Shown one piece after another: positions 13,603 through 27,073 of a DNA stretch of 64,000 bases (positions are counted from its first letter, which is position 1; every line of letters begins with the position of its first letter). The position numbers and the translations under genes are program-made. Source of the stretch: Flaccisagitta enflata (Eukaryota); NCBI GenBank assembly GCA_965153355.1, contig OZ231126.1, positions 25,358,001-25,422,000 on the forward strand, written 5' to 3'. The notes under the pieces were generated by a model. The model ran no database searches and was not told the DNA's origin. It worked only from the letters and a program-made list of their open reading frames with translations.

Positions 13603-14970
13603 ATATAGTCACAAAAGCCCTTGATGGTCAGTGGTACCCGTGCCCTGCCTGAGTAGGTTGTACTTGAAGTTATACATTCACACATATGAGGTATTTTCTC
13701 CTCCTTCTTCTCCTCCGTCCCTCCTCTCAATTCCCAGTCTTGAGACCCAAATTCCAGTGTTAAGGCCCAAATCCAGTCTTGAGGCCCAAATCCTAGCCTT
13801 CAGGCCCAAATACCAGCCTTGAGGGCCAAATTCCTGCCTCAAGGCCCAAATCCTAGCCAAGAGGCCCAGATCCCGACCTTGAGGCCCAAATCTCAGCCTC
13901 CAAGCTAGGATTTAGGCCTTGAGGCTAGGATTTGGACCTTGAGGCTGAGATTTGGGCCCCAGGACTGAGATCTGAGTCCCCGGGCTAGAATTTGAGCCTC
14001 AAGGCTAAATTGGGGCCTTAAGGCTGAGATTTGGGCCTCAAGGCTGGAATTTAGGCATCAAGGCAGGGATTTGGGCCGCGAGGCTGGTGTTTGGGCCTTG
14101 AGACTGGAATTTGGGCCTCAAGAGATTGATTCCAGGGGGGGACGGAGGAGAAGAGGGCAGGCCTGTATATAATTGAGTTTCCCCCCCCCCCATTGAGGGG
14201 GGGATCAAAGGGTCTGGAGATAGAGAAAATCGAAGGGGGAAACAGGTCGCCCAAGGGCAATATATGGTCAGCGATACCCGTTGCCCTGCTTTGCATGATT
14301 TTGAATTGGAGTAAGAGGAAGCAGGGCAGCGGCCCCGAAGGGGACGAAGTCCTGTAGAACACAGGGGGACTTTTGTTCGTCCATCCGTCCATCCATCCCC
14401 CCTAGGCTCTCACAAGCCTGAAATCTGTCCTTTCAGGCCTGAAATCTACCCTCTTAAGTTTGAAATCTGCCCTCTCAGGCTTTGAATCTGAGAGAGTAGA
14501 TTTAAGGCCTGGGGGGGCAGATTTCAGGCCTGGGAGGGCAGATTTCAAGCCTGAAAGGGCAGATTTCAGGCCTGAAAGGGCAGATTTCAGGCCTGAGAGG
14601 GCAGATTTCAGACCTGAGAGGGCAGATTTCAGGCCTGAGAGGGCAGATTTCAGGCCTGAGAGGGCAGATTCAAGGCCTGAGAGGGCAGATTTCAGGCCTG
14701 AGAGGGTGAATTTTAGGCCTGAGAGGACCTGGGGGGGGACGAACGCACAGAATGACGAACAAAAGTCCCCCTGTGTTCTACAGGACTTCGTCCCCTACGG
14801 GGCCGCTGCCCAAAAAGAGAAAAAAGTCGCAAAAGCGTTAGATGGTCAGCGGTACCTTTGCCCTGCCTAAGTTGGTTGTGGTTGAAGTTGAGGGAGGAGC
14901 AGGGCAGCGGCCCCGAAGGGGTCGATGACCTATGCTTTCAGACATATGGGGGATTTTCTCCTCCTCCTCC
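13603..14970 (-). mobile_element. Cluster of nested/adjacent family B HINE-like copies (13603-14150, 14242-14816, 14824-14970)
   Basis: Repeated GGGCAGCGGCCCCGAAGGGG / GGGGCCGCTGCCC motifs and 21-bp arrays. The GCAGATTTCAGGCCTGAGAGG array at 14517-14725 explains the RPERADF ORF. Confidence 0.75.
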
Positions 14971-15493
14971 CATATAGGGTGAAGGGGTCCTCCCGCGTCT
15001 CCGCGAGTATGAGCCTACTACCTCTGAGGCACAATGAATGCATGCCTATGAATGCATTGGTAGTATTGTAGTATAAAATCATCAATCATATGGAGGAGGG
15101 AGGTGGAGTTTGGAGGAGTTTGGAGGAGAAGGAGGAGGTCATTTGTGAGATCATGCCCTCATTGGCAGTGTGAAATCACTTGCATGTGGGCAAGCGACAA
15201 ATTTCTACCAGTACAATTATGTTTCATCTCAAAAATATTTTTTTCATAAACACAATTTTCATTTTGAAATCAGTTATCATGAAGAAAATTTTGTTTGCAT
15301 AGAAAAACTTTAATCATAAAAAAATTGTTGTAAGAAATTCATTTGTGATATAAAGATATCATGAAAAATGTTTCATAACAGAAAAGTATTTTTTGTTAAA
15401 AAACATTTCATTAAGAATTTTTTTCACCATGAGAATATTTCTCATCGTTTGAAAAGTTCATTTTAACTTTAGCTGAAATTCCTTTATGAAAGA

Positions 15494-15701
15494 TTTTTAG
15501 TCGCGTGCTACGCAAATCTACACCCCGCTTTGTCGGTGCGTCCATTGGTCTGTTGGTCCGTCGGTCCGTCCGTCACACTCTACTTTTTTGGCGTTAATGG
15601 GGTTTCTGGCCTTACTGCTCCTGCCCAAATGCTCCACTGACCTCAATTATGGCCCCTGCCCTGCCGCACGCGACTGGGGTAGCCGTGTATCCGGCCTTGT
15701 T
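15494..15701 (+). mobile_element. HINE-like element, family A (short full-length copy)
   Basis: TTTTTAGTCGCGTGCTACGC ... GCACGCGACTGGGGTAGCCGTGTATCCGGCCTTGTT. Confidence 0.8.
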
Positions 15702-15979
15702 CTATTACAAAAACAATCTTTCTTATAAAGAATATGTCCAAAAAATTCTCATCAGATTTTAGTCATTAAAAAATCTTTATCACAAAAAACATTAAATCAT
15801 GTCCTTATAATTGGGGAGTGGTTGGTAAGTGGCTGAGCAGGGTTGCCCTAACCTAGAATTTGTTGTGTCGCTGAGGACCAGGAGGGGAGGGTCACCCTAA
15901 CTGATAACTTTTTGTAACTGACTCGTTTAACATGAGGGTAGTTAAATATGACAAAAAAGCGAACTTCTTATTAGTGAGT

Positions 15980-16460
15980 GTTCCACATCCAAACAATGAG
16001 AAAAACATAGTCAAATCTATGGTCATTTTGAAGCTCTGCGAAAGATCTTTAAATGAGACCGTGCTGGATGCCTGAGCTATTTCCTTTTAGAAATGGCATT
16101 AGGATGAAGACAGGTGGTCAAGAATTTGGAAATTCACTATGTGATTGTCATGACTTATTCTTACATAAATGTAAAACTCATTGAGTTTAAAATTTGAAGC
16201 TCTTTTATTTGCTCATGGATAACGAGTAGCGAGGACAAAAAAACATCATTGACATAAACGGGAAGATTAGGATTTGTCATTGGAAAAAAAATCTCATCAG
16301 TGATTCTTTTCTTCAAGCCTTTTCCATTTCTAAACGAATAAAGCAACAGTGACCTACAATGTCACATTTGGCACATGTTTGGCAGAGCTTTCATTTTGAA
16401 CATTTTTGGCAGAGCTCTCACACGGTCATGATTTTTCTATGGTTCAGGCCCGTAATTAAA
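15980..16460. mobile_element. Degenerate MITE with long internal inverted repeats (same family as 23930-24440 and 29725-30235)
   Basis: Shared GAAGCTCTGCGAAAGATCTTT..AAATGAGA and GAAATGGCATT / CCATTTCTAAACGAA inverted motifs. Ends not resolved. Confidence 0.55.
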
Positions 16461-16826
16461 CAGAAGCTAGCATAACTAAGTGTTCACTTTTTGGGCAGCG
16501 GCCTAAAAGGGGATGAAATCCAGTAGAAAACAGGGGGAATCTGTCCGTCCGTCCATCCATCCATCCGTCCGTCTGTCCTGATCTTTTGCTTCTTCATTTT
16601 TTTCCTTTTTCTTTTTCTTTTTCTTTTTCTTTTTCTTTTTCTTTTTCCTCTTCTCCTCTTGGGATGATAAGAGCGGTAGAACATCGATACTTAAAATGAC
16701 AAAGAAAATCGGCAGATCATGGTCAACCAGAATTGACCATGAGTCAGGACCAAAATCAAGCGGTAACAATCATCGATTATTTCCATCTTCAAATTCAATG
16801 CCGAGAGAAGAACGAGAGCAACGATG

Positions 16827-17034
<208 letters not shown>

Positions 17035-17219
17035 TTTACATGAATGTTACGAAATATGTGACAGAACAACCACCATATCCATGAACTGTTAAAAACCTGC
17101 TCAGTTCATAATGGTAATTGCCATACTTCTACGTCTGACATTTTCATTTGGGCAGCGTCCCCGAAGGAGGATGAAGTCCTGTAGAACACAGGGGGGATCT
17201 GTCTATCCGTCCCTCTGCC

Positions 17220-17280
<61 letters not shown>

Positions 17281-17301
17281 TTCCGTCCATCTGTCTGTCT
17301 A

Positions 17302-17348
<47 letters not shown>

Positions 17349-20300
17349 GTCTGTCTGTCTGTCTGTCCCTCCGTCCCTCCATCAGTCAGATGGACAGACA
17401 GATTCCCCCTATGTTCTACAGGGCTATGTTCTACAGGGCTTCGTCCCCTTTGGGGCTGCTGCCCTGCTCCCCCTTAAAGAAGAAAAGGAGGTAGGGAGGA
17501 AGAAAGAAAGAAAGAGAGGAAGAGAGGAAGAAAAGAATAAAGGAAGAAAGGAAGAAAGGAAAAAGGGAAGAAAGGAAGAAAGGAAGAAACGAAGAGAGGA
17601 AGAAAGGAAGAAAAGAGAAAGGAAGAAAGGAAGATGGGAAGATGGGAAGAAAGAAAGATAGGAAGAAATTTGTTTGAAATTGAGGATTCTTTTATATCTT
17701 TAGTTATTACTACCCTGAGCGATCGACCGATAACAGAGAAATCCCTGGCATGAACTAAGGTGGTTCATGGTCATTGGTCAATCTGACTTGGAATTGATTC
17801 AATATCACAGCTGATTTCGCAATCATCATTAATCATCGATAATCGGTAGGATTGAGAGGGCAGATTTCAGGCCTGAGAGGGCAGATTTCAGGGCTGGGAG
17901 GGCCTGGGGGGTGGACGGATGGAGGGACGGACAGATGGAATGACGGACTGACATAATTCACCCACATTGAACATAAAATCCACTCATCGAAGTCACAAAT
18001 CAGCCTCTTTAGACCTTAATCAGTCCTCCCTGGCCTCAAATTGGCTTTCACAGACCTCATAACAGCCCTCTGAGACTTCAGGTCTTAAATTAGTCTTCCA
18101 GGAAAAATTTGAAGTCTGCTAGGGTAAAGGAAAGCTGATTTGAAGCCTCTATTACGGTACCTCAAATCAGCTTTCCTTTGCCCTTATAGATTTCAAATTA
18201 GCCCTTGAGAGATGACTCTCAGACCTTGCAGGTGATAAACCAGCCTTTAACACCTCAACTCTACGCCCTCAGATTTAAAGTTAACCATCTCTGACCTCAA
18301 ATGGCTCTTGCAAATCACCAATCAGCCATTTCAGACCTCCAATTAGAACTCTTTGGCCTTAAATCAGCTTTTTCAGGCCCTTCATGATCTCAAATCAAGA
18401 CTTGCAGCCGGCACTGTACCGCAAAATAGAATAAAAACAATAAAAATGGAGGTCCAGATCATGCCATGCCATGCTGCAGACGTCAATATTGGCCACTGCA
18501 CATTGAACATACACAAAAAACAGGAATCTTTTGTTTTTCTTTGTTATTAATTGATGATGTGATGAGTAACAATATTTCAGTATCTAAAATCATTACTTGA
18601 AATTTTAATAAATGAGCTTATTTTCAGTATTTCTATTAGCTTATCATGCATTTTTATCATATTTCTTGCCAGCCTGCCACACTTTCAGCATTGCTAATTT
18701 GCAAAATGGAATGTAAACCACGAAATAAGACATGAGAATGAGAAAGATTAAAAGAAATTTCCTGAGTGCCTGAAATAAAGCTTTTTGGTCACAGCCACAA
18801 ATTCCTTCGTTTACATCAGCCTCTTCCTCGTGAAGTTGTCACATGCTTAGTTGAATCTTTAATTTTCAGAATTCTCATGATGGAGTCCTAAGAAGAAACA
18901 TCATCATCCATGAGAGGGCTGAGAAGGCTGCTTTATGATCTGAGAGTGCTGATTTGAGTTTAGAGATTTGCAAAGGCTGATTTATATCCCTAGAGGACTG
19001 TTTGATGTCTACAAGGGCCAAGGAGAGCTGATTGGAGGTCTGAAAGGGATAATAAAAGGCTTAAGATGGGTGATTTTAGACCTGTAGTCCTAGAGGGCCT
19101 ATTTAAGGCCTGTGAAAGCCAATATGAGGCGGGAGAGTGCTGACTGAAACCTAAGGAGTTGATTTGTGACTTGAAAGGGCTGATTAGAGGTCTCAGTGGC
19201 TAACTGATAGCATAAAAATGCTGAATTAAGGTTTGAACAAGTTAAACCATTACCCTAGAGCACTCTTGACCTTAAAATCAGGCCTGAAGAGGCTAGTTTG
19301 GAGCTTGGAAGTCTAAGAAATCCAAGAGGCCTGTGAAGGCCAATTTGGAGCCAGGGAGGATTGATCGAGGTCTAAGGAGGCTGATTTGTGACTTTGATGA
19401 GTTGATTTTATGTGGGTGAACTCCTGGGCTTCAAATCAGGTTTTGAAGGCTGATTTGGGACCTCATCGGTATTATTTGAGACCAAGAGGGAGTTTGGAGA
19501 TAGAGAAACAGATTACCCTATGTTGATACATAGATCATCAACTTCTTTGGGGCCATTGTCCAAAAAAAAACAATGAAACCAATGAATTGAATGAATGAAA
19601 AAATGAATGAATGATTGAATGAATGAATGAACAAGTAAATGCAATTGTTGTCCTATAAACAATGTGTCGGTGTATTGAATCAATTGATTGATGGATCAAA
19701 AAAACATTAAAATGTTAAGAATTTGGTCATCTTTTACCATTTTGGGTATCTTGGACGCTGAGTAGGCCCATCAGGGGTCCTCAGCCTTCACATTTATTCT
19801 CACTAAGTTCTGCTGTGCTTGGTAAAGGTAACTGAATAGATAATTAGGCATTGAGTTATCAAATGGGACTAAAAATTGTGAAAAATATTATGATTTTAGT
19901 CATTTTTGCCTCTTTTGTGACTTTTGGGGCCCCTCAGATGGGACCCAAGGGGGCCCCTAACCTTTCCTTTTGTTTTCCTACACCAGATGATAGTATCTTG
20001 ATATAAAATTTTCTTCCTTAATGACATTTTAGATGAACCACTAACAAAAATCTCATTTTTTGAGCGTTTTCACCTATTTTGGCCATTTGGTGGCCCTATA
20101 CGGACCCCTAGAGGGCCCCCTGGGAGCCCCTGCCCGGCGAGTTTTCCTTATTAAGTATTCTACTACTAATTGGCCTTAAAACAAGACCAGCCCCAAGGTT
20201 TTTTACCAATCTGTTGAGAAAAAAAATGACGAATACAAGGTAAATAGTCAGAAATTTGGCCTTTTTTCGATGGTGCCATACACCCCTTAAAGGGGGGATC

Positions 20301-20588
20301 ACTAAAATCGCTCCTGGGAAGGTAGAATTGGGAAATAAGGCTCAAACTTTTTTTTATCTCAAAGTAGACATAAAAAGTAAACTTTTCACCGATGCCATTC
20401 TTTCTAGGACAAAAAAAAGTTTTATTGTCCCATCTAATGGTCAATCTGACTTGGAATTGATTCAATATCACAGCTGATTTCGCGATCATCATTAATCATC
20501 GATAATCGGTAGGATTTCATCGTGATTAAAAAGGGGAGGAGCAATGAGTAGATGAATAACTGAGGGATAAACAATCCAAGAGATAGAA

Positions 20589-20626
<38 letters not shown>

Positions 20627-20679
20627 AGGGACAGACAGAAAGACAGCCAGACAGTTAGATAGACAGACAGACAGATATA

Positions 20680-20870
20680 CAGGGTGTCCCAAGTCAGTTG
20701 TAACATAAAGAATCGACATATCTCTGCTTGTAGGTCCAATTGTCATGAAATTTTGCATACAAAAAGTGCAGACCAATATCTTTTTAGATCTTTTTTTCAG
20801 AGATTGATTTAAGGATTAAGAAGCAAAGATATGTGGATTCCTTATGTTACAACTGACTTGGGACACCCTG
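20680..20870. mobile_element. Tc1/mariner-type MITE (191 bp)
   Basis: Perfect 29-bp TIR CAGGGTGTCCCAAGTCAGTTGTAACATAA that extends imperfectly further. TA on both sides (20678-79, 20871-72). Confidence 0.9.
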
Positions 20871-21108
20871 TATAACCACTGAAGGCAGCTATCGCCAACT
20901 GGAAAAAAGTTGTAAACTTGGGATTTTTCTACTTTGTCAAGTGTTCATTTTTTTTCTTCTCCTTTCCACTTTCCCTTCCCCCTTTTTCCCCGTTTCTTTG
21001 TGGTACGCGCTGCTGTCTGCAAAAGTTTGGAAAGACATATCAAAAGGTCGTCACTCCGAAGACCTCAGACATATGTTATCAAGCTCAGCAATATCAGACT
21101 CAGTTTCA

Positions 21109-21215
<107 letters not shown>

Positions 21216-21463
21216 TTCCATGAAATTCAATAGGTATTTTGCTTTTTTTTTTTCAATTTCTTGTCAATTTTCCATGTTATTCAAAGGGAATTTAAGCCAT
21301 GAGAAACTTGGGAGACGGACATTTGGCCAAAAAGAATCAAATTTCCAGGCGGGGGGGGGGGGGGAAATTAATCAAGGGGTTTGTAGATGGGGAAGAAAAT
21401 TTAAGGGGGAAAAAAGCAAAAAAGAAGTTCAGGGTAATAAAACTTTTGACGGTACTAAATCAT

Positions 21464-21895
21464 AACAAGGCCGGATACACGGCTACTGAAGTCGCGTGCG
21501 GGTGGGCAGGGGCCATGTTTGAGGTCACCAGACCATTTGGGCAGGAGCAGTGAGGTCAAAGAAATGAAATCATAAAAAAAGTAAAGTATGACCGACTGAC
21601 CGACCGACCGACCGACCGACCGACGGACCAAGCAGGTTGTAGAGTCGCGTGCACGTGACTAAAAACTGATTAGTAAAACACAAATTAACACTACCCCAGT
21701 TGCGTGCGGGTGGGCAGGGGCCATATTTGAGGTCACTTGATCACTTGGAAAAGAGCGGTGAGGCCAAAGACCGCGAAAACCTCAAAAAAGTAAAGTGTGA
21801 CAGACTGACAGACGGACAAACCAACAGACGGACGGACCAATGGACCGACAGATGGACAAAGCCGGATGTAAAGTCGTGTAGCACGGGACTAAAAA
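21464..21895 (-). mobile_element. Two adjacent family A HINE-like copies (21464-21665, 21690-21895)
   Basis: AACAAGGCCGGATACACGGC ... (ACCG)n ... GTAGAGTCGCGTGCACGTGACTAAAA, followed by a second similar copy. Confidence 0.75.
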
Positions 21896-21980
21896 TCATA
21901 GATTTTGTAACAAGACGCAACACAGGAAAAAAATCGGAGGGGGGGGGGAAATTAATCAAAGGTCATTATATACACCCCTG

Positions 21981-22453
21981 CAATTTCCCCGACGAACAAA
22001 TTAAGATCTCTGAAGCAAAATGAACCCGCTGACTTTTTAGAATCAATTTCCCCACAACTCGATTTGACTGATTAGATTTAGATCCCAAGACGGAGACTCC
22101 CATGTCATCACTTACTGATAGTTGACTAATCGATACAAATGTGTGTTTGATCAAGGAAATGCAGTGTACCTGACCTCATGTCTCATGTTCTGCCGCTGCC
22201 CTAAAAGAAGAAGAAGAAGAAGAAGAAGAAGAAGAAGAAGAAGAAGAAGAAGAAGAAGAAGAAGAAGAAGAAGAAGAAGAAGAAGAAGAAGAACGAAATA
22301 GAAGAAGAAGAAGAAAAAGAAAAAGAAAAAGAAAAAGAAAAAGAAAAAGAAGAAGAAGATGTAGAAAAAGAAGAAGAAGAAGATGTAGAAAAAGAAGAAG
22401 AAGAAGATGAAGAAGAAGAAGAAGAAGAAGAAGAAGAAGAAGAAGAAGAAGAA

Positions 22454-22496
<43 letters not shown>

Positions 22497-22612
22497 GAGA
22501 AGGAGGAGGAGGAGGAGGAGGAGGAGAAGAAGAAGAAGAAGAAGAAGAAGAAGAAGAAGAAGAAGAAGAAGAAGAAGAAGAAGAAGCAGAAAAAGAAAAA
22601 GAAGAAGAATGA
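21981..22612 (+). pseudogene. Possible decayed exon (Glu-rich tail), product unknown; partly duplicated at 27870-28399
   Basis: One frame reads NFPDEQIKISEAK*TR*LFRINFPTTRFD*LDLDPKTETPMSSLTDS*LIDTNVCLIKEMQCT*PHVSCSAAALKEEEE with all five stops TGA. Donor-like GAG|GTACGT follows the (GAA)n tract. Confidence 0.35.
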
Positions 22613-23064
22613 GGTACGTAGTAGAAATAGAAATCATCGGAACATCATCATCGATAATTATGATTCAAGCTACCCTTTTTCCTTTTTTCTTTCTTTCTGA
22701 CAATGGCGAGTCTGGTTGACCAAAGAGAAACTGAGGCTGATATCATTGATGATGTTTTGACTGAGATAATGTGGTGCAACTCAACTAAAAAAAAAAAGCC
22801 TGCTTATTGATTCATAAAACACATACTGAAAAGATTTCAACTTTTTTCATTGTGGCCTTTTAAAAGATTTTCAAAATATCTTTTAATCTAGACCAATCCC
22901 AGGTCTGTATCTCAAATGTTTTAGAAGCTATAGCCCTGCAAAGAGAAGCACTAATTTGCTGAAATGCAATTTTACATAGGGATTGTGAATCTGGAATGGG
23001 CAAAGATTTCACTGAAACTAATGTCATTTCTAAACGAAACAAGGCCGGATACACTGCTACCCTA

Positions 23065-23367
23065 CAGTCAGCGGACAAAACATAATTGGTATATATAACA
23101 TACCATTGGTTTTGATCCAACATACTGATAGTAAACAAAATATTTTATGCAACAACCAGTGGTTTGAATAACACTCGGCTGTAATGTTACAAAATTGCAT
23201 TACAGCCCGCTGTAATTCTAACAACCCGTTGTTGAATACAATATTTTATTATTATAGCTGTAACTTGAGCAACTGATTGTCGCATATAATATTTTGTTTT
23301 TGAGCAGTATGTTGGATCGAAGCCAGTGGCATGATATATATACCTATAGTGTTTTGTCCACTGACTG
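23065..23367. mobile_element. Palindromic MITE with 4-bp TSD (Academ-like signature, tentative) inserted in a family A HINE; duplicate at 28851-29162
   Basis: CAGTCAGCGGACAAAACA... / ...TGTTTTGTCCACTGACTG, inverted over most of its length. CCTA at 23061-64 and 23368-71. The host HINE reads through when it is removed. Confidence 0.75.
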
Positions 23368-23713
23368 CCTAGTCGCGTGCGGGTGGGCAGGAGCAGTGCT
23401 GGAGAATCTCACTAGGGCATCTGGGCAGGAGCAGTATGCTCAAAAAAGCTAAAAAACGCCGAAAAAAGTTAAAAGGGGACCAACCAACCAACCGACCAAC
23501 CAACCAACCGACCAACCGACCAACCGACCAACCGACCAACCGACATAGTGGGGTGTAGAGTCATGTAGCACGCAACTAAAAAGAAAGGATTTCCAGATTG
23601 GCCCCAAGTAAGAAAACTTTCAAAGGGCTTTCAAATAGTCTAAGATTAATTTTCAAAATTAGCCATTAAAAAGTGCGTCTCTTTTTTTTATCCGTGTGGT
23701 AGATATAGGATTA

Positions 23714-23890
23714 GAGTTAAATCCCGCTCTAACAAATTTCAGGGGGGCAATAATCTTTTTTATTATAGGGGGAATTCTGTCATAGCCAACATAAGAAAGA
23801 TATAAGAAAATTGATTGAAAGGACTCAGAATTAGTATTTGTTACAAATGGAATTTTGTTTTAAGCGGGTCCGTCAGAGCAGGTTCAACTG
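23714..23890. mobile_element. pogo/Tigger-like MITE; duplicate at 29509-29685
   Basis: TA|GAGTTAAATCCCGCTCTAAC ... GTCAGAGCAGGTTCAACTG|TA, imperfect TIRs with TA flanks. Confidence 0.55.
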
Positions 23891-25239
23891 TAACTAAGGC
23901 AAAGAAAAAAACTAAACGACATGTTTTTCATTATTTTACACCCAAGCAATGAGAAAAACATAACAAAAATCTGTGACCATTTTGAAGCTCTGCGAAAGAT
24001 CTTTCAAATGAGATCTTGCTGGTAGTTATAGCTTTATTCGTTTCGAAATGGCATTGGAGTGAAGACAGGTTGTCGGGAATTGGAAAAATCCATCAAACGA
24101 TCTTCATGCTTTTAGTTTGTTGTAACATAAAAACTAAATGCTTTGAGTTAAAAATTTCGTTCTTGGCGCCATTTTAAAGAAAACTCGAAACTCATTATTT
24201 GCTCATGGATATCAAGTTGCTGTGACAATTCTGAGTTGCACAATTAATAAAAACGTTGAGACTAAATTTAATAGTAGGAAAAAAAGCCGAAATTTGCACT
24301 TTTTTTACAGTCAGTGATATTTTTCTTCAATCCGATGCCATTTCTAAACGAAGAAAGCTACTGAGACCAGCAATGTCGCACTTGGAAGATTTTTTTGAAG
24401 ATCTTTCAAATGGTCATAGATTTTCTATAGTCCAAGCCTTTGGTTTGATTTTTGCAGTTGTGCCTTTTGTAAAATCAGAATCATTTCCATGTAGCTGTTT
24501 GTCTTGTTTACGGTACCCACGCCCTGCCTAAATAGGTGGTGATTGAAGTCAAAGGAGGGAGCAGGGCAGCGGCCCCAAAGGGGTTTTCTCCTTCTGGCGA
24601 TTGAGATTTAGGCATAAGGGCTAGGATTTGGGCCTCAAGGAAGAGATTTGGGCTTTGAGGCTGGGATTTGGGCCTAAAGGCTGAAGTTTGAGAGGGGGGC
24701 TGAGAAGAAGAAAGAGAAAGAGAAATTTCACCAGATGTGTGAAAGCAAAGGTCATCGACCCCTACGGGGCCGCTGCCCAAAAACCGCTATATAAGCTGAT
24801 CCAAGATTTCGCATTGCAGACTTCAGTAGGCAACTAAAGACGATTAAAAAGCATGATCGAGTCTCAACTTAGGGTGTGTTTCTAGCAATGACCGAAAACG
24901 CGTTTGTGATGGAGGGACGTTTGTGATGTGAAACGCGTTTACAGCGTGAACACATTTTCAAGAATTTCAACTGCCCCATGAGGGAGTGAGCGAAGTGAGT
25001 GGCTGAGCACGTCTGGTCCGGAGTGGTGTGTCCATAGACGCACAAAAAAAAGTATGTGACTGATGGACCATCCAACCAACCAACCAACCAACCAACCAAC
25101 CAACCAACCAACCAAGGGACGGACGGACAAAGCAGGGTGTAGAGTCGCCTAGCACATGACTTAAGACATTGATAATGATATAACAACAACAACAACAACA
25201 ACAGCAACCACAACAACAACAGCAACCACAACAACCACC

Positions 25240-25310
<71 letters not shown>

Positions 25311-25331
25311 AATGATAACAACAACAACAAT

Positions 25332-25407
<76 letters not shown>

Positions 25408-25740
25408 GCAACAACAACAAAAACAACAGCAACAACAACATCGACAACATCAAGTAGAGTAGCGTAGCATGAGACTCAAAACCGCTTACACCAAAAACAG
25501 CTTAAAGAATGAAGCATGACTGACCAACCAACCAATTAACCAATAGTCTAAGAAAGCAGGGTGTAGAGTCGCATAGAATGCGACTTAAAAAGATTGAGAC
25601 TTGATTTGGTGGACAAATGGCAAATGCGCATAAGGTTACTTGGATATATTGAGAAAATGAAGCGATACTTCCGGAAATGAAAAACAAAATTGTCAGCATT
25701 CAACTTCAAGTAAGGTTGATTGGCGTGGATGAGGGGCAAA

Positions 25741-25824
<84 letters not shown>

Positions 25825-25945
25825 GTTGTTTTATATAAAATTTGATTTGATTTTTGTTTATTCAATTTAACCTATCAATGTATGAAAAAAAAATGATAAA
25901 GTATTCTTTTTATGATTTTCATTATTTAATAATTCATATCTATAC

Positions 25946-26435
25946 TACAGACCGACCGAACCTCCGGTTCGAACTGTTTTTACTGTACGGATCACTCTCC
26001 CAGCTCCGTCACTGAATCCGGAGTTGTCAGTTATCAGTAGGTCACCGAATTCAGTAGGTCAATAAACCGAAGTTTGATGTTTTGTTTACTTTTCCTATCG
26101 AAAATGAGATCAATCCCTCCTTTCCTCATCAAAAGAAGGAAAGATCGCCGATCGCGATCGAGACTTGATGCTTCGCTTGCAACCAAATCCTTGACAATGT
26201 TGGTGTAAATCAATTCTCTTTAAAAAGAATTTCTTTTTTCTCTTGTTTGTTGATCTCAGGCTGTCTGTGCCGTCTGTCCCTGTGTGTGTGTGTGTGTGTG
26301 TTCATGTGTGTTCGTGTGTACATGTTTAGGGATCGTCTGAAGGTTAACTTCGGCTTCGACCTTCGGGTCAGGACACTGCCCTAATAATCAAAATTAACAT
26401 TATTTTTCTTTTAAACGCAAAATACTTCATTTATG

Positions 26436-26511
<76 letters not shown>

Positions 26512-27023
26512 GGAGAGAAACAGAAATAGTCGCAAAAGCGTTAGATGGTCAGCGATACCCGTTGCCCCTGTGAGTATGTGTGGATATGTGATGGTGAGAG
26601 GGGCAGCGGCCCCGAAGGGGCCGATGACCTATGCTTAGTTATTTTGGAGGCTTTATGTTGGGACTTGAGCCTAGAGGCTAGAGGCTGCAATTTGAGCTTG
26701 GAGGCTGGAATTAGGGCCATCTGGCCGGATTTTTAGCCTCAAGGCTGGATTCTGGGCTTTGAGGCTTGATTCTGAGCCTTGACGCTGGACTTTAGGCTTT
26801 CAGGCTGGAATTTGAGGCTAGAGGCTGGAATTTGAGCCTCAAGGCTGGAATTTGAGCCTCAAGGCTGATATTTGAGCCTTGAGGCTAGATTTTGGCCTTA
26901 AAGGCTGGTCAAGGGGGTGGACGGAGAAGAAGAAGAAGGAGAAGAAGAAAGAGGAGAATTTTCCCCTGTGTGAAAGCATAGGTCATCGGCCCCTTCAGGG
27001 CCGCTGCCCAAAAGGGAGAGGGA

Positions 27024-27073
<50 letters not shown>

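Larger units (their letters stand above)
22078..25830 (+). repeat. Direct segmental duplication, copy 1 (~3.75 kb)
   Basis: Near-identical to 27870-31647. The ORF track gives identical peptides (22860/28646, 24256/30051, 25502/31317). Confidence 0.95.

Noticed and set aside
14460-14870. Repeat protein (RPERADF)n, and similar PPGSNPSLQA ORFs at 9332 and 3583
   Set aside because: These are translations of the internal arrays of HINE-like elements.
20405-20436. Possible transposon end AAAAGTTTTATTGTCCCATCT
   Set aside because: No matching opposite end or TSD was found, so no family call is made.
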